24,000 nucleotides of DNA from Candidatus Saccharimonadales bacterium (GTDB taxonomy: Bacteria; Patescibacteriota; Saccharimonadia; Saccharimonadales; JBBSJF01). Positions 22,660 through 24,000 of the stretch are shown piece by piece. The translations under genes and the position numbers were made by a program. The stretch lies in assembly GCA_038257495.1 (NCBI GenBank), contig JBBSJF010000002.1:159-24158 (forward strand), given 5' to 3'. Under the pieces are notes generated by a model. It was not told the DNA's origin. It did not search any database and was given only the letters and a program-made list of their open reading frames with translations. Position 1 is the first letter of the stretch; every line of letters begins with the position of its first letter.

Positions 22660-23151
22660 CTATAAAATCTGGATCTTCTTAACAGTATCTTGCTTCAGCT
22701 TTGTAAAGCTAATTGTGAGCACCCCGTCTTTGAGTACGGCTTCGATCTCGTCTTCTTTAACGGATACCGGTAGTACAATGCTACGGCTAAATTCGCCCCA
22801 ATAACATTCCTGCACAAAGTAGTTCTCTACTCCATCTTCATTGCCAGCAGAAAGCGTGCCGCGAATACTAAGCGTATTGTCGGCGATACTTACGTCTAAC
22901 TCACTCTTATTTACCCCCGCGGTACGAGCCTTAACGACTAGCCGTTCTTTCGTTTCGTAAACATCTACGGCTAATTGACCGGTCACTGCTTCTTCTTCGT
23001 CCCAATCGTCACCTGTGTTGCTTGTTGATGAGCCATCGTCGGTTGCCACGGTGGTGTCGTCGTCCATTGATCCCATCCCATCATCGCCTAAAAAAGCCGC
23101 AGTTAGTTCATCCTCCATCAATAAGTCTTCGTCTCGGTTTCGTCGTGCCAT
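22660..23151 (-). CDS. Hsp20/alpha-crystallin family small heat-shock protein
   Basis: 163 aa with RBS ggaggga. An acidic N-terminal region is followed by the alpha-crystallin domain 'QLAVDVYETKERLVVKARTAGVNKSELDVSIADNTLSIRG.........GEFSRSIVLPVSVKEDEIEAVLKDGVLTISFTK'. Confidence 0.93.
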   Translation of the reverse strand: MARRNRDEDLLMEDELTAAFLGDDGMGSMDDDTTVATDDGSSTSNTGDDWDEEEAVTGQLAVDVYETKERLVVKARTAGVNKSELDVSIADNTLSIRGTLSAGNEDGVENYFVQECYWGEFSRSIVLPVSVKEDEIEAVLKDGVLTISFTKLKQDTVKKIQIL

Positions 23152-23187
23152 TATGTGTTACTCCCTCCAGAGCTTATCGGTTTTTTT

Positions 23188-23209
23188 GTAGCAGAGTATT
23201 ACTCGCTAC
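23188..23209. promoter_or_regulatory. Operator-like palindrome in the hsp20 leader
   Basis: The 22-bp imperfect palindrome 'gtagcaGAGTAtTACTCgctac' lies about 37 nt upstream of the hsp20 ATG. Its GAGT/ACTC core recalls the half-sites of the CIRCE and HAIR heat-shock operators, but the spacing is different. Confidence 0.3.
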
Positions 23210-23328
23210 TTATGTATAATTAAGAGAACTGAAGTTTTTATGTTCCTTATAGTATAACGAGCAATGCGATAGATAAGCAATGATTGACATAAGCTATTTA
23301 CAACATAACTATTACAACAGGCAGTTTT

Positions 23329-24000
23329 ATGAATATATTCGAGCGAGTCATTTGTGTTATAGCACCCCATAGCTGCCTAGGCTGCGAGCGCGAGGGGATG
23401 GCGGTCTGCAATGGGTGTCTCTACAGTCTGCTCTCCTCTCCACCGTCTAGATGTGCCTTTTGCAAGAAACTCACCGACTATAGCTCTACATGCCCAACAT
23501 GCAGACGAAATACACCACTTAGACATGTATGGGTGGTAAACGAATACGAAGATTTAGCTAAAAAAATCGTGCGTGCTTATAAATTCGACAAGAAAAGAGA
23601 ATTAGCTAGCCCGATGGCGCGTAGTTTATGCGATGCGATGCCTATATCTAGTGAGCAATACCTAGTTGTGTCCATCCCTACGGTCACATCTCATATCCGT
23701 GAAAGAGGTTTTGACCACGCTGCCCTGCTTGCCAAGGAATTTGCAGACCGAGCCAAACTGCCTTACCGTAATGTGCTACAGAGGCTAGATCAGTCCAAGC
23801 AAGTAGGCAAAACGCGCGAACTTAGGTTAAAGAGCATGTATAGCACAATGCGCGTTACGGGTGCCCGATCGGTTAAAAACGAGAGAATACTGCTAGTGGA
23901 TGACGTCATCACAACTGGGGCTACCCTTACCGAAGCCGCGAAACTCCTCAAAGCCGCTGGCGCACGCTCCGTAGACGCCCTGATATTTGCCCAAGCATAA
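23329..24000 (+). CDS. comFC: ComF family protein (ComFC, phosphoribosyltransferase-like competence protein)
   Basis: 223 aa, complete (TAA at 23998-24000). N-terminal 4-Cys zinc-finger pairs 'CLGCER...CNGC' and 'CAFC...CPTC', and the PRTase motif 'ILLVDDVITTGATLTEAAKLLKAAGA'. Confidence 0.9.
   Translation: MNIFERVICVIAPHSCLGCEREGMAVCNGCLYSLLSSPPSRCAFCKKLTDYSSTCPTCRRNTPLRHVWVVNEYEDLAKKIVRAYKFDKKRELASPMARSLCDAMPISSEQYLVVSIPTVTSHIRERGFDHAALLAKEFADRAKLPYRNVLQRLDQSKQVGKTRELRLKSMYSTMRVTGARSVKNERILLVDDVITTGATLTEAAKLLKAAGARSVDALIFAQA

Noticed and set aside
1-24000. Alternative genetic code (UGA recoded, as in some CPR lineages)
   Set aside because: Several well-supported genes end in TGA (e.g. the 310-aa gene at 14953-14955 and pilin paralogues 3 and 4 at the ATGA overlaps). 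All conserved genes are intact under the standard code.
1-24000. CRISPR arrays, rRNA/tRNA genes, transposases and toxin-antitoxin pairs
   Set aside because: No regularly spaced direct repeats, no rRNA- or tRNA-like conserved segments, and no ORF with DDE/serine/tyrosine recombinase-like motifs were found when reading the intergenic regions and the ORF translations.

Overview
This is an origin-proximal stretch of a small, tightly packed bacterial chromosome. The left part holds the conserved origin block. On the minus strand are khpB/jag (3' end cut by the window edge and missing from the ORF track), yidC, rnpA and rpmH (also missing from the track, 1955-2092). On the plus strand are dnaA, dnaN and recF. 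DnaA boxes lie on both sides of dnaA. Where gyrB usually follows recF, there is instead a ~16.4 kb two-armed type IV secretion (T4SS)-like locus of the kind found in monoderm (single-membrane) bacteria, spanning 6185-22590. Its minus-strand arm is a 13.7 kb operon encoding seven proteins: a VirB6/TrbL-like polytopic protein (939 aa), a PrgI/VirB3-like protein (368 aa), a P/Q-rich 310-aa protein, a VirB4 ATPase, a 1051-aa membrane protein ending in a VanY/M15 peptidase domain, a three-domain cell-wall hydrolase (amidase, lysozyme-like and M23 domains), and a 537-aa anchored protein of unknown function. Its divergent plus-strand arm carries six tandem VirB2/TrbC-type pilin-like paralogues. No relaxase, VirD4-type coupling protein, VirB11, integrase or att repeats are visible, so the locus looks like a chromosomal, non-conjugative T4SS-like machine. 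The window ends with a perfect bidirectional terminator, hsp20 and comFC. TGA is used as a stop codon, so the code is standard code 11. The gene content suggests a Patescibacteria/CPR organism, possibly Saccharibacteria-like, but that is inference only. I found no rRNA, tRNA, CRISPR array or transposase. Two long imperfect hairpins in intergenic gaps (474-605 and 14853-14936) are not explained by the coding features.
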